Positions 1 to 10,452 of a DNA stretch of 64,000 nt are shown here, one piece after another. Origin of the DNA: Gemmatimonadaceae bacterium. Lineage in GTDB: Bacteria; Gemmatimonadota; Gemmatimonadetes; Gemmatimonadales; Gemmatimonadaceae. The position numbers and the translations under genes are program-made. The stretch's first letter is position 1, and every line of letters starts with the position of its first letter. The notes under the pieces were generated by a model. It saw nothing but the letters and a program-made list of their open reading frames with translations, had not been told where the DNA came from and made no database searches. The DNA lies in NCBI GenBank assembly GCA_045803545.1, contig JBJMOW010000005.1:1472001-1536000 (forward strand), in the 5' to 3' direction.

Positions 1-1338
1 GGCGTAAATGAAACCGTCGCGTGCCCACGAAGCGCCGGCGACGCCCACCAGGGTGTCGGTGACGACAGTCGGCGCGCCGCCCGATAACGGAATGAATTGC
101 AGGTACCCCGACCTCATGTACCCGACCGATCGACCGTCCGGCGAGAAAAACGGCGTGTTCGCTCCGTCCGACCCTGGGACGGCGATCCCGTGCAGCTGGT
201 CGCGCGCGCGAATCCATAGCGTCCCGCGGGGAACACCGACGTACGCCAGGTAAGATCCGTCGGGGGATAACGCCATGCGGCCCCAGAATCCTCCACCCCC
301 AACCATCGCTTCACTGGAATCCAGAACGAAGTTGTAGCGCACTACGCGCTTCGCGGTTGTCGGGCGCATCCATCCCCACAGCGCAGCGATCGCCAGTAGC
401 GCCGCTAATGTGCTGACGGCATACAGCGGTCTCCGGGAACGGCCGGAAGAACGCCCCGTTTTGGCCGAGGAGCCCACAGTTGCCGACGAAGCGTTGTTCA
501 ATGCATCCGAGAACTCGCGTGCGGAGGCGAATCTGTCCGCGGGCAGTTTCTCCAATGCGCGCGAGATTGCTGCATCTACATGCGCCGGCACGCTTCGGCG
601 CTGCTGCGTTAGACTCCGCGGCTCCTCCGTCATAACGCGCGCGACGATCGCCTGCGCCGTTGGCCCGGTGAACGGAGGCTCGCCGGAAAGCATTTCGTAA
701 GCAACGGCGCCGAGCGAGTAGATGTCGCTTCGGGCGGTGATGGTGCGCTCTCCCATTGCCTGCTCGGGACTCATGTAGCTCGGCGTTCCGAGGGAGAGTC
801 CCGTCTGCGTCATGCGCGCGCCGCCCGCCTGGGTGACGGCGAGCGCGATTCCAAAATCCGCAACGATCGCACTGCCGTCGTGCAGAAGAATGTTCTCGGG
901 CTTGATATCCCGGTGGATGATGTTGTGCCTGTGGGCGTAATCGAGCGCGCTGGCGACTTCAGTCGCGATGCGTACGGCGTCGGGGACAGGGAGTTGTTGT
1001 TCGGTCTCGAGCCTCTGGCGCAGCGACTTTCCTTCGACGTAAGGCATCACGTAATACGGTCTTCCGCGCAGCTCGCCCGCGTCGTCGCCAACTACTCCTG
1101 AATCGATCAGGCTCAGGATGTGGGGATGCTGGAGATTGGCGGTGACTCTGATTTCCTGCAGGAACCGATCGGCGCCGAGCACTGCTGCGAGCTCGGCGTG
1201 GAGAATCTTGATGGCGACTTTGCGATCGTGCTTCTTGTCGTGAGCGAGATAGACGATGGCCATCCCGCCACTCCCCAATTCGCGCTCGATCCTATAGGCG
1301 GAGAAAGCACGCTGCACCTGTTCAAGACGCTCAGTCAT
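1..1338 (-). CDS. Ser/Thr protein kinase with TM segment and TolB-like beta-propeller (3' part runs off window)
   Basis: Manual translation from ATG at 1338: MTERLEQVQRAF..ERELGSGGMAIVYLA..VAIKIL..HRDIKPEN..DFG..GTPSYMSPEQ, hydrophobic LAALLAIAALWGW, then ALSPDG/PFFSPDG; open to position 1 and absent from the ORF track. Confidence 0.93.
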   Translation of the reverse strand, partial: MTERLEQVQRAFSAYRIERELGSGGMAIVYLAHDKKHDRKVAIKILHAELAAVLGADRFLQEIRVTANLQHPHILSLIDSGVVGDDAGELRGRPYYVMPYVEGKSLRQRLETEQQLPVPDAVRIATEVASALDYAHRHNIIHRDIKPENILLHDGSAIVADFGIALAVTQAGGARMTQTGLSLGTPSYMSPEQAMGERTITARSDIYSLGAVAYEMLSGEPPFTGPTAQAIVARVMTEEPRSLTQQRRSVPAHVDAAISRALEKLPADRFASAREFSDALNNASSATVGSSAKTGRSSGRSRRPLYAVSTLAALLAIAALWGWMRPTTAKRVVRYNFVLDSSEAMVGGGGFWGRMALSPDGSYLAYVGVPRGTLWIRARDQLHGIAVPGSDGANTPFFSPDGRSVGYMRSGYLQFIPLSGGAPTVVTDTLVGVAGASWARDGFIYA

Positions 1339-1353
1339 TGTTGAACCCCGCGC

Positions 1354-3945
1354 TCAATTCGAGCTCGCGACCAGCTTCTGAAAGCGCGGATTTTTGCGCA
1401 ACGGGTCAAACCACGGATCGACACGCAGTTCGGCCGCCGATAGATCGGCGGGAATGCTCAGTACTTGCTCGAGCGTCGCCACCGCTTCGTCGTAAGCGCC
1501 CGCAATGACTTCGCTTCTAGCGATCAACTCGAGGTTCCTCGCCGCGCGGAGTGCGTCAACCGATACCGGGGTCTTCGCCATCGAGAGCTTCCCCTCGGCG
1601 ATAGCTCGCTGCGGATCGCCCGCGACCGCGTAGGCGAGCGCGAGATCAGCGTGCAGCTCCGAATCGAAGAACGTTCCGTTCAGGGAGCGCGGAGCGACAG
1701 CGATCACGGAATCCGCGAGCGTGGAGGCGAGCTGGCGGTGATTGGTGTAGAACGCCAACATCGCGCGGCTGGCCAGATACCCAGCCGTCCCGTCCATTCC
1801 GCTCGGAGCGCCGCCGCTCTCCATTAGTTTCAACAAATCCGCATCGGTGACCGACGGCCAGAACTTACGACTGTCGTCAGCCATTACCTGTTCCTTGAAT
1901 TCTCCAGGGTCGACACGAAGCCGGGCTTCCTTCAGGACTGCGAGCGCGCGCTTGACGTCGCCGGACCGAAGCATGACCACCCTCGACAGGTAGGTGTACC
2001 CGGAAAGCTTCTCAGGCTCGAGCTCGATCAGCCGTCCGCAGCTCTTCTCGGCATCGTCGTATCTGCGATTCAATATCTGGGTTTCACAAACGGCGTCTAC
2101 GAACGTCGCGTTGCGGGGATCGAGCTGAGTCGAGCGCGCCATATCGGCAAGCGCCTCGTCATACTTGCCCTGCCGCCTGTGAACGAGACCTCGGAGATTC
2201 CATGGGTCCGCGTCGTTCGGCGCCAGTTTTTGCGCGCTGTCCAGCGCATCGAGCGCGCGCGTGTAGTCCAGAAGACCGTGATAGTAATAGTTCGCCAACG
2301 CGAGATATCCCGTGGCGGACGCCGGATCGAGCGACAACGCCTTGTCGATGGCCGCCTTCGCGATCTCGAGCCGGCGTGGGTTGTTGTCGCGATACCAGTA
2401 GGCGTTCAGCTCGGCGATACCCATCCACGCGTAGGCTAGCGCGAAGTGCGGATCGAGCTCCACGGCGCGCTGCAAGAGCGCCGAGCCACGGAGATAGCCG
2501 GTTGCACTGCTGCCCGTGCTGCCGGCGAGGCGAATCCCGCGCAGGTAATAATCGTAAGCCGCCGCATTGTTCGTGGGTCGCGATGCGAGCGCTTCCTTCT
2601 CGGTCCCACTCACCCTGACTCGCATCGCTTGCGCCACACTCTCGGCAACCTTTGCCTGAATGTCGAACACGCCGGTCGCTTCGCCTTGGTACGGCTCCGA
2701 CCAGACTTGTGCTCCTGTGCTGGCGCGCTGTAACACTGGCGTGATCTTCACCAGCTTGGTACCCGGGCGCGACCGATCCCAGCGGACGGTTCCGGTAAGC
2801 AGATAGGTCGCGCCCAGCTCTTTGCCGATTTGCTGAGGGGGCTTGGTAGTGTTCGCGTAAGCCTTGGAGCTCTGTCTCCCAATCACTGTGAGACCGACGA
2901 GCGTTCCCAGCTTGCTCGAGATCTCGTCCGTGATCCCCTCGGCGAAGTACTCGTCATCCTTGCCGCCGAGATTATCGAAGGGAAGAACCGCCAGCGACGG
3001 AGCGCTGTCAGTAGCTGCGGCGGTGTTCGCCTCAGACGCGCGGTGCCGTCGCCAGTACACAGTGGACGAAGTCAGTAGCGCGAGAACGGCAGCCGCCGCC
3101 ATCGCCATGAACATTCCCCGTCGATCGGATTTCGCGAGCGGAGCGACCGCGCCGACGTGCGGCGTCGTTGCTCCGCTCGGCGTCACTGCTGCTTCGAGCT
3201 CGGCAATCATCTCCGCGGCTGACTGGGGACGATCGGCGGCGCGCTTCTCCAGGGAGCGCATGATGAGATAGGACAGCTCGCGTGGCACCGAAGGACGTCT
3301 CACGTCGATCGGCTCCGGCCGCTCCGTCATGTGTGCAGCGAACGTCGCCTGTGGGGAGCGCGCGCTAAATACCTGCTGCCCGGTGAGCATCTCATAGGCC
3401 ATCGCGCCCACGCCATAAAGATCTGCGCGATGATCAGTGGTCGGATCAGCGGCGGCTTGCTCGGGCGCCATGTACGCCGGAGTACCTAGCGCAACGCCGA
3501 GCGAAGTGAGCGAGGATCCCGGATTGGTCGAAGCACTCAAGGCTTTCGCAACACCGAAGTCCGCGACCACCGCGTGACTGCCGGTTAGAAGCACGTTGTC
3601 CGGCTTGATGTCGCGGTGAACTACGCCGTGTTCGTGCGCGTAAGACAGCGCACTCAATACGTCCCGGAGAATTCTCGCTGCGTCCTGCACCGGCAGTTCT
3701 CCCGTTCGTGCGAGTCTCGCACGCAACGATTCCCCCTCGATAAACGGCATCGTGTAGTAGGGAAGACCGTCACTAATTCCCGCTGCGTGAACCGGGACTA
3801 TGTGCGGGTGCTGGAGCCTGGCCGCGAGTTGAATTTCGCGCCGGAAGCGCTCGACGTTTACTGTGGCGGCAAGGTCGGGCGGGAGTACCTTGATGACGAC
3901 TTTTCGCCCGAGTGAAACCTCTTCGGCGAGGAACACGCGCGACAT
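1354..3945 (-). CDS. Ser/Thr protein kinase with TM, TolB_N-like (SLAVLPF..EYFAEG) and TPR domains; true start probably near 4020
   Basis: HRDIKPDN, DFG, GTPAYMAPEQ motifs and TPR-like helices; frame continues upstream through ERELGGGG to a TAA at 4036-4038. Confidence 0.92.
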   Translation of the reverse strand: MSRVFLAEEVSLGRKVVIKVLPPDLAATVNVERFRREIQLAARLQHPHIVPVHAAGISDGLPYYTMPFIEGESLRARLARTGELPVQDAARILRDVLSALSYAHEHGVVHRDIKPDNVLLTGSHAVVADFGVAKALSASTNPGSSLTSLGVALGTPAYMAPEQAAADPTTDHRADLYGVGAMAYEMLTGQQVFSARSPQATFAAHMTERPEPIDVRRPSVPRELSYLIMRSLEKRAADRPQSAAEMIAELEAAVTPSGATTPHVGAVAPLAKSDRRGMFMAMAAAAVLALLTSSTVYWRRHRASEANTAAATDSAPSLAVLPFDNLGGKDDEYFAEGITDEISSKLGTLVGLTVIGRQSSKAYANTTKPPQQIGKELGATYLLTGTVRWDRSRPGTKLVKITPVLQRASTGAQVWSEPYQGEATGVFDIQAKVAESVAQAMRVRVSGTEKEALASRPTNNAAAYDYYLRGIRLAGSTGSSATGYLRGSALLQRAVELDPHFALAYAWMGIAELNAYWYRDNNPRRLEIAKAAIDKALSLDPASATGYLALANYYYHGLLDYTRALDALDSAQKLAPNDADPWNLRGLVHRRQGKYDEALADMARSTQLDPRNATFVDAVCETQILNRRYDDAEKSCGRLIELEPEKLSGYTYLSRVVMLRSGDVKRALAVLKEARLRVDPGEFKEQVMADDSRKFWPSVTDADLLKLMESGGAPSGMDGTAGYLASRAMLAFYTNHRQLASTLADSVIAVAPRSLNGTFFDSELHADLALAYAVAGDPQRAIAEGKLSMAKTPVSVDALRAARNLELIARSEVIAGAYDEAVATLEQVLSIPADLSAAELRVDPWFDPLRKNPRFQKLVASSN

Positions 3946-4221
3946 CCCGCCACCGCCAAGCTCGCGCTCGACTATATAGTTGTTGCCAAGCGTGCGTTGA
4001 AGCTGCTCCCTCAGGTCCGTCGCGGAGTCCCCCGGTTACTTGCAAATCCTAATGTAGGAGCGCTCCAGCTTTGCGGCCAACATTTGTTTGGCGTAGTGCA
4101 ACCCTTTGGTGATGATCAGGTTCTGGCAAGCACTTTAAACGAAGCGAGCAGCAGAAGGGTGATTGAAGCAGCAACGTGGTTGAGGCCCGGCACGCGAGGA
4201 GTTCCGCGATTCGCCCGCGCT

Positions 4222-4710
4222 TTACGGACGCTGAGCTGGCCCGGGATAGACGCTCGCTAACAACCGCCACGCGTTGCCCTCGCGCACCCAAGTGGAAATG
4301 AAGACACCTTTGCCGCGGAGTTTCTGTCCGACCGCAGTGGTGCGCTGCGTGTACTCGCCGCTGACAACGGCGTAATCACTCAAGAGGTGAACATGCACAT
4401 GGGCGTAGGTCACCGAGTCGTACGGCTGTTGATGCTGTGCACGGCTGGTCTCGACCCACTGCTGCTTCGTGAATACTAAGCCCTTTGGCGCGATAAATCG
4501 GAAGCTATCATCCATTAAGGCGGCGGAGGCCTCGACCTCACCTCGGAGCGCCGTCTGGACCCAGGCGGCCTGGAGCGCCAGGATGGAGTCTTCGGCTGGC
4601 GTGAGGCGCATGTCCTGTGTCGCGGTCGGCCTCGACGAGGACGTCAGGCCACCGCAGGCGCCGACACTGGCAACGAGTGATAGGAGTAGAACGATTGTCT
4701 TCCGGTGCAT
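4222..4710 (-). CDS. NTF2/SnoaL-like (DUF4440) lipoprotein
   Basis: Signal with lipobox-like VGAC; NTF2-like pattern (ALMDDSFRFIAPKG..FISTWVREGNAWRLL). Confidence 0.75.
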   Translation of the reverse strand: MHRKTIVLLLSLVASVGACGGLTSSSRPTATQDMRLTPAEDSILALQAAWVQTALRGEVEASAALMDDSFRFIAPKGLVFTKQQWVETSRAQHQQPYDSVTYAHVHVHLLSDYAVVSGEYTQRTTAVGQKLRGKGVFISTWVREGNAWRLLASVYPGPAQRP

Positions 4711-4744
4711 AGGATCTCCTTAAGGAGAGTGCCGGGAAAAAGAT

Positions 4745-4980
4745 TTCGATGCCGTTACCCGGTCGATCGCGGCATTCTGCATCCGGCAAAGTTTTCCGGA
4801 GAGATCAACGGACAGACGATGACGCTGACTGTCATGCTCACTGATACCAATCGCCTGCTCGGACCGGTGACACTGATCTATGGTAACGAGCCGAAGATGG
4901 GGCCATGTCCGATTTGTCGCGTCCCAAAAAGTCGCATCGAACAACTGAACCAGCAGCGGCGGGCTTCCTCGACACCTTGA
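4745..4980 (+). pseudogene. Probable 3' remnant of a small gene (ends MGPCPICRVP)
   Basis: Protein-like stretch YPVDRGILHPAKFSGEINGQTMTLTV..GPCPICR with no credible start or RBS. Confidence 0.3.
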
Positions 4981-5003
4981 TTGAAGCGGCATACCTTGCG
5001 GGT

Positions 5004-5516
5004 ATGAAAACACAAATTGGTTTCTTCATCGTTGCATCCCTCATCGCTGTTTCGCCACGCGATGTCGTCGCTCAACAGGCGTCGCCACCAGCTGCCCTCG
5101 ACCTGACGGGAACCTGGATCATCAACCGCGCCAAGAGCGATTTCGGCACGTTGCCGCCGCCGACGATTGATTCCTCGGTCGTTACCCGCGTCGGAACAAT
5201 GTACGAGATCGATGCCACGAATGATTTCGGCGGCCAGGGTACTCAACATCGCGTGATCAAGTGGCCGGTCGGCGCAGGAGAGACGACGACTGATCTTGGC
5301 AATGGCGCGACAATGCAGACCACGACCAAGCTCGCTAACGACACGGCGACGTTCGTCAGCAAAATATCGGTACAAGGTCAAGCTGTCGCGCTTCAGAGCG
5401 GTCGCGTGTACTTATCAGCGGATAAGAAGACTCTCACCCGCGAAATGGACATCCAGCCGCTGGCCGGTCCGAGCACCGATCCGCTCCATTTCCGAATGGT
5501 TTACGATCGCAAATGA
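5004..5516 (+). CDS. Secreted hypothetical protein, lipocalin-like (DLTGTW..N..KSDFG)
   Basis: Signal peptide MKTQIGFFIVASLIAVSPRDVVAQ; beta-rich body. Confidence 0.7.
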   Translation: MKTQIGFFIVASLIAVSPRDVVAQQASPPAALDLTGTWIINRAKSDFGTLPPPTIDSSVVTRVGTMYEIDATNDFGGQGTQHRVIKWPVGAGETTTDLGNGATMQTTTKLANDTATFVSKISVQGQAVALQSGRVYLSADKKTLTREMDIQPLAGPSTDPLHFRMVYDRK

Positions 5517-5549
5517 GGTGACAGCGCCGGCGTAGCCCGTCGAAGCATG

Positions 5550-6884
5550 CTACTCCGCGCCGTTGGTCGGACACTTCTCCGGCATGGTTTCGTAGTGCGG
5601 TTGCCGGCCATAGATATTGGCACCAGGAACGAACCAGCCTTCGCGCCCATCTTTCGCACGCACCTTCACCCACCACTGCGAGTTGATCGGGCGTACCAGA
5701 TCGTATCCACGCTCGGCATACATCCCGATGTCATCCGGGTCGCCATTGCCGAAGAAAAAGTCGCCGCCGGCTTCCTTGCCGCGGAAGTACCAAAGTCCAC
5801 CGCCCTCTGAACCATACATCAGGGGGTATAGAGTATCCGCCGGCGTGAAATAATACGTCCATCCCTCTGCCTCGATCTTCACGTTTCGCCTGAAGACGAC
5901 CATCCCGGCCTGCATCACATGCATTTCGCCGGTGACGGCGGTGAACCTGTCACCTCGCTTCAGCATGAACGCCGTGCGCGCCGTCGTTCCAGGCTCGGCG
6001 AAAATCCGCGTCGTATCACACGTCAGCCATTCACCGAATGAGCAACCCTCGTACTGGCAGATGTCTTTGTAAACCATCGGAACCTTCGGCTCTGGATTGC
6101 CTTCGACCAGGAATGTTGAGGGCAGCTTCGAAATCGAATCGGCAAGCTGTCGCAGTTTTTCGGTCGTGACACGCTCATCCCACACGACTGCCATTCTTTC
6201 GACATCCGACGAGCGAACGGGAAGCCACGGAGTGTAAGGCTTTAATGATCCGTCGGTGTTCCAGCCAGTCAGGTGGGCCGGCTTTTCGCAGACCGTCCAG
6301 GTACTGTCTTTCACGCTGCTGCTTACGACCAGAGAGACGGTGTCCCGCGTCACGTTGACGCTGCCATGCCATTTTGCATCGACGCCGCGCTGCAGCAAGG
6401 CAACGCGTGTAATCTCCGCATCCGCGTTGACTCTTCTGACATAATGATCATCGCCGGCATAAGCGATCTTTATCACGCGCGGACGAACGAATGCGAAGCG
6501 CACGTCGGCACTTGTATATCGTCGCACCGAAGTCGTGTCGTAGAATCGGCAAGGATTTCCATATTGGGGCGACGGTCCACTCGCAGTGAACTCCTCGGAG
6601 TGGAGTCGCGCCTCGAGTACCGTTTTAACTGCCGTGAGATCTTCGCGGCCGAAGTCGGTGCCCGTGGTGTCGGTGACAACGAGCGAATCGTTCGGGATCA
6701 CGATGACGGTATCCGAAGGTTCCTCCGAGCCGACAGTCGCAGACGATTGTGACGTGCCCGGTTGCGCGGAGGCCGGTTGAGGCGAAACCTGCGCAGCATT
6801 GCGTGCGGGCTGTGCTGCGCGCTCACATGAAATGATGAGCGGCACACAGAGCGCAGTCAGGACAAGCGCGTAACGCTTTGGCAT
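5550..6884 (-). CDS. Hypothetical lipoprotein
   Basis: 444-aa ORF; N-terminal lipobox-like IISC; C-terminal part with C-x3-C (CQYEGC) and SH3-like WWVKVR..GREGW. Confidence 0.7.
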   Translation of the reverse strand: MPKRYALVLTALCVPLIISCERAAQPARNAAQVSPQPASAQPGTSQSSATVGSEEPSDTVIVIPNDSLVVTDTTGTDFGREDLTAVKTVLEARLHSEEFTASGPSPQYGNPCRFYDTTSVRRYTSADVRFAFVRPRVIKIAYAGDDHYVRRVNADAEITRVALLQRGVDAKWHGSVNVTRDTVSLVVSSSVKDSTWTVCEKPAHLTGWNTDGSLKPYTPWLPVRSSDVERMAVVWDERVTTEKLRQLADSISKLPSTFLVEGNPEPKVPMVYKDICQYEGCSFGEWLTCDTTRIFAEPGTTARTAFMLKRGDRFTAVTGEMHVMQAGMVVFRRNVKIEAEGWTYYFTPADTLYPLMYGSEGGGLWYFRGKEAGGDFFFGNGDPDDIGMYAERGYDLVRPINSQWWVKVRAKDGREGWFVPGANIYGRQPHYETMPEKCPTNGAE

Positions 6885-7029
6885 ACTCTAAGACGGTCGC
6901 GATCGATATCGCGCAACCGCTTCTTCGACCGCGATCGAGGTAAGAAAAAGGTGGCCGCGACCTTGGCAAAATCGTCTTATAACACCAGTAATTCAGTTCC
7001 GCTTGACGCTCGAATTCGAGGAGCTAGTA

Positions 7030-7710
7030 GTGCCTCTGGCTCGCACCAAATCCTTTTTAGTTCTTATCGCCGCCTCGTCGGCGATCGTTGGCAGCGCTCC
7101 TGCTCAACAAGCGACTCCGGGAAATACCCTGGCCGGCGCGCAGGCATTCATCACTCCCGACTCGGCGCGCTTCGTGTTCCCGCGTCAGGCAAATGATTCG
7201 TACGAGTGGGACGTGCCAATCTCCGAGGATCACGGCGGCGGCGGCTACGTGTGGGATGTGAGCTGGGAGACTCCCGCCGACAGAAAAGGAATCGATCCGT
7301 GTGCGCTCTGGGTCGTTCAGTATCCGAAGTCCGGTGGGCCGCGACATGGGCCGCTCAAGGCGCTGATCGAGTGGCTGAGGATCGAGCCGATGGTCAGAAG
7401 CACGAAGGACCTTTCCAACGTCGAAGCGGTGCGCAAAGTCGATCGCAAGAACGTGTTCGCAACACTCGAGGACGGGCGGCTGGTTTTTATCGTCCGTGGT
7501 GCTGACGCGGTCCGAAACATTTTTCCGACGATTCCATCGCAGGTCACGTTCAGGGCGATCATCGAGTCGACCAGAACCCCGCAGCACCGGTGGGGCGCCG
7601 GATCGGTACACGACTATAAGACAGTCATCGTCAACGATCCGCATTCGCCCGACATCGCCGAGACTCGGCGCAGCAAGTGTGACAACATCGGAGATGATCC
7701 GAACGGATAG
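7030..7710 (+). CDS. Secreted hypothetical protein
   Basis: GAGGAG RBS before GTG 7030; signal-like SFLVLIAASSAIVGSAPAQ. Confidence 0.6.
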   Translation: MPLARTKSFLVLIAASSAIVGSAPAQQATPGNTLAGAQAFITPDSARFVFPRQANDSYEWDVPISEDHGGGGYVWDVSWETPADRKGIDPCALWVVQYPKSGGPRHGPLKALIEWLRIEPMVRSTKDLSNVEAVRKVDRKNVFATLEDGRLVFIVRGADAVRNIFPTIPSQVTFRAIIESTRTPQHRWGAGSVHDYKTVIVNDPHSPDIAETRRSKCDNIGDDPNG

Positions 7711-7733
7711 TCTCGGAGCGCGACATCGTCCAA

Positions 7734-10433
7734 CTATCGCCTTGAAGCCGGCAGTGCCTTGGCTGACTTCAACTCCTCGAACCAGTTGTCGACGACGATG
7801 ATGTTGTCAGGCGCGTTTGTCTCCAGAGGCCGAATCATGAGGAACCGCCGGTCGTCCCGAGACACTGCATACTGCGGGGTGTATCGCATGGATGCGTATC
7901 CCGCGGCAGGAAAAAGTGTTGTCGAGCGGCCGACCGCGAATGGCCCGTCGGCATTCACCGCGACTGCTACGAGATCGCCCGATGCGTCGCGATAGAACAA
8001 TTCTGTACCGCGATGGGACCAGACCGGCTCCGTCCCACCGTCCGTCGTAACCGGCCACTTCCCTCCACGCGTGTTCGGAAAAGGGACCACGTAGATATCG
8101 TCCGTTCCGGCCTCGTTCGAAGAGTACGCCAACCATCGTCCGTTGGGTGAAATGGTTGGCGCTGTTTCCGTGAATGTGGTCGCCACCAGCGGGATCGGTG
8201 CGGTATCAACTCCGGGCCGCATCGCCAGTATGTCGCCCGCGCTCGGCCTATCCGTCTCGAAGATCAACCACCTCCCGTCCGGCGACCATCCTGCATTGAA
8301 CAGATTACCGGTTCGGCGAAACTGCACTGCTCGCGATGCGCCACCGTCAGCGCGCTCGATCTCTACATAGCTGGAGCCCTTCGTTGGGTTCGATGTGAAC
8401 GCCACCGACCTACCGTCCGGTGACCAGGCCGGCTGAAAGTTTTCATTTCCGTCACCAGCCAATAGGATGCTCGGCCCTCGATCCAGCCGCTTGATCCAGA
8501 TCTTGAACGGCTCGCCGCGGGCGCTCCGCGTCACTGCGAGCTGCTTCCCGTCCGGTGAGACCGCCGGGAAACTCAACAATTCGCCCGACCAGTCGGGGTC
8601 GACCGCTTCTGCTATGCCTTGGCGCGTGACCCACACCAGCTCCTGCTTTCCAGCTTCCGCGCCAGTCGAATAGACCAGTGTGCCGGTCGCTGAAATCGCC
8701 AGGTCCGCCGAGCCGCCAAGGCCCGCGCGAATGCCTTCGGTAAGCGCGACCGGTTCACCTGTGAGGGTCATGGAATTCTGATCGAACGGCACTGCCATCA
8801 ATGTCTTGTCATCGGTCACGTAGAGTAGATGGCCGGACGACGCGTACCTGGCGAAGGTTGCGTCCTGAACGATTACCCTGTGTTTGCCCGATGGGATTTT
8901 GGCGACCGCAATCGCGTAAGAAAAACGCCCCTTGACGCCCTTTTTTCCGCTGTAGGTGACTGTGAACAGCACACCTTTGCCGTTGGGGAGCACATCGGGC
9001 CAGGTGTGATCGATTTCACCGTTCGCGGTATCGAGAGTGGTGAACCGGTTTGGGATGGCGCCTGCTTTTGCTTCCACACGAACGAGACCCGCAGTTCCGT
9101 CATTGTCTGCGTAGATCATCCCGTCGGCTCCCCACGACGCGCCCGCCAATCCGGTCAACGTGTCGTTGACTGTAATCGATGGACCACCTTGGGTGAGAGT
9201 AATCGGTGGACCACCCTCGATCGACGCGATTCGAACTCCTTCACCTTGGAGAAAGCCAACGTGCTTACCATCGGGAGAGAAAAAAGGGTTGGTCACCCCT
9301 TCTGTGCCGGGTAAGGCGATCGCGTGCAGCTGATCGCGAGATCGAATCAGGAGCTGCGACCTCGGGCCGCCGATGTAGGCGAGCAGCTTACCGTCAGAAG
9401 AAAGCGCGATGCGTCCCGACCAGGACGAGCCTTTCGCGATCGCCTCCGTTGAATCCATTACCAACCTGGACCGCACGATCGACTTCGACGAAGACGGCCG
9501 CATCCACCCGAGGATTGCCGCGCCGGTCATCAGGACTGCCAAAGATATTACTCCAAACAGAAGCGCTCTCTCCCAACCGGTTCCGCTTTTTTTACTCGTG
9601 GTCCAGGTGTCTCGCGATGGACGGGTGGAAGGATTGTTCACGGAGTCAGCGGACTCGCGAACTGATGCCACCGGATCGTTGGCGCCCTTTGGAACCACCT
9701 TGGACCCCGCGCTCTCCGGGGCCGCAGCGCGACTCAAACGATTTGCCAGCGCTTCGATTTCTGAATCTGGTTCCATCTCGAGCTCTTGACGCACCAGCTC
9801 CTGATAGAGACGGGCCTGTCTCAGCGCCCCGGCGCGATCTCCGGCGGCGGCCAGAGCGAGCATCAGCTTTTTCGTGGCGTGCGGAGAGAGCGAGTCGGAG
9901 TTGGCGAGTGTGCGCCACCAGATCACGCTCTGTGAGCGATCACCAGCCTCGGTCGAGGCATTGGCGAGATATTCCAACGCGTTGTGATAGTCCTGTCGCA
10001 GGCGCGTTCGGTTCGCATCGATCAACGATTCGAGCTCGCGACCCTCGCCGAAATGCACGCCGTCGAGAAGACTTCCTTTGTAGATGCTCGCCGCTCGCGC
10101 CCAGTCATTCGCGGCGATTGCCTCGTCGAACAACCATACATCTGCGTTGACGCGTTCTTGGTTGAGTCTGAGATCCTGGGACGTGGAAAGAATTAGATCG
10201 TCGCCAAGGCTTTGCCTGATCGCATAGACGGCCTGATTGAGGGCGTGACCCGCGCGGTCGGCCTCGCTTTCCGGCCAGAGGTATGATTCGATGCGGTGGC
10301 GCGAAAGACCTTGCTTGCCACCCAGGGCGAGGACTGCGAGGAGTGCCAACGGTCGCTTTTGTTGTGCGACCAGCGGGACTGAACCGACATCAGCCCGCAA
10401 AGACAGGGTCCCGAGAAGCTCGATGACCAACAT
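7734..10433 (-). CDS. SARP/BTAD transcriptional regulator fused to TM helix and TolB-like beta-propeller
   Basis: N-terminal wHTH/BTAD (LLGTLSL..LLAVLAL..LWPE..L.QAVYAIRQSLG), TM at WERALLFGVISLAVLMTGAAILGW, repeated SPDG/WSPDG. Confidence 0.88.
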   Translation of the reverse strand: MLVIELLGTLSLRADVGSVPLVAQQKRPLALLAVLALGGKQGLSRHRIESYLWPESEADRAGHALNQAVYAIRQSLGDDLILSTSQDLRLNQERVNADVWLFDEAIAANDWARAASIYKGSLLDGVHFGEGRELESLIDANRTRLRQDYHNALEYLANASTEAGDRSQSVIWWRTLANSDSLSPHATKKLMLALAAAGDRAGALRQARLYQELVRQELEMEPDSEIEALANRLSRAAAPESAGSKVVPKGANDPVASVRESADSVNNPSTRPSRDTWTTSKKSGTGWERALLFGVISLAVLMTGAAILGWMRPSSSKSIVRSRLVMDSTEAIAKGSSWSGRIALSSDGKLLAYIGGPRSQLLIRSRDQLHAIALPGTEGVTNPFFSPDGKHVGFLQGEGVRIASIEGGPPITLTQGGPSITVNDTLTGLAGASWGADGMIYADNDGTAGLVRVEAKAGAIPNRFTTLDTANGEIDHTWPDVLPNGKGVLFTVTYSGKKGVKGRFSYAIAVAKIPSGKHRVIVQDATFARYASSGHLLYVTDDKTLMAVPFDQNSMTLTGEPVALTEGIRAGLGGSADLAISATGTLVYSTGAEAGKQELVWVTRQGIAEAVDPDWSGELLSFPAVSPDGKQLAVTRSARGEPFKIWIKRLDRGPSILLAGDGNENFQPAWSPDGRSVAFTSNPTKGSSYVEIERADGGASRAVQFRRTGNLFNAGWSPDGRWLIFETDRPSAGDILAMRPGVDTAPIPLVATTFTETAPTISPNGRWLAYSSNEAGTDDIYVVPFPNTRGGKWPVTTDGGTEPVWSHRGTELFYRDASGDLVAVAVNADGPFAVGRSTTLFPAAGYASMRYTPQYAVSRDDRRFLMIRPLETNAPDNIIVVDNWFEELKSAKALPASRR

Positions 10434-10452
10434 TTTGCCGCCTGGAGCCCTG

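Noticed and set aside
410..1344. Plus-strand ORFs opposite the kinase (also 13175-13726, 21223-22383, 57283-58314)
   Set aside because: Antisense shadow ORFs typical of GC-rich coding DNA
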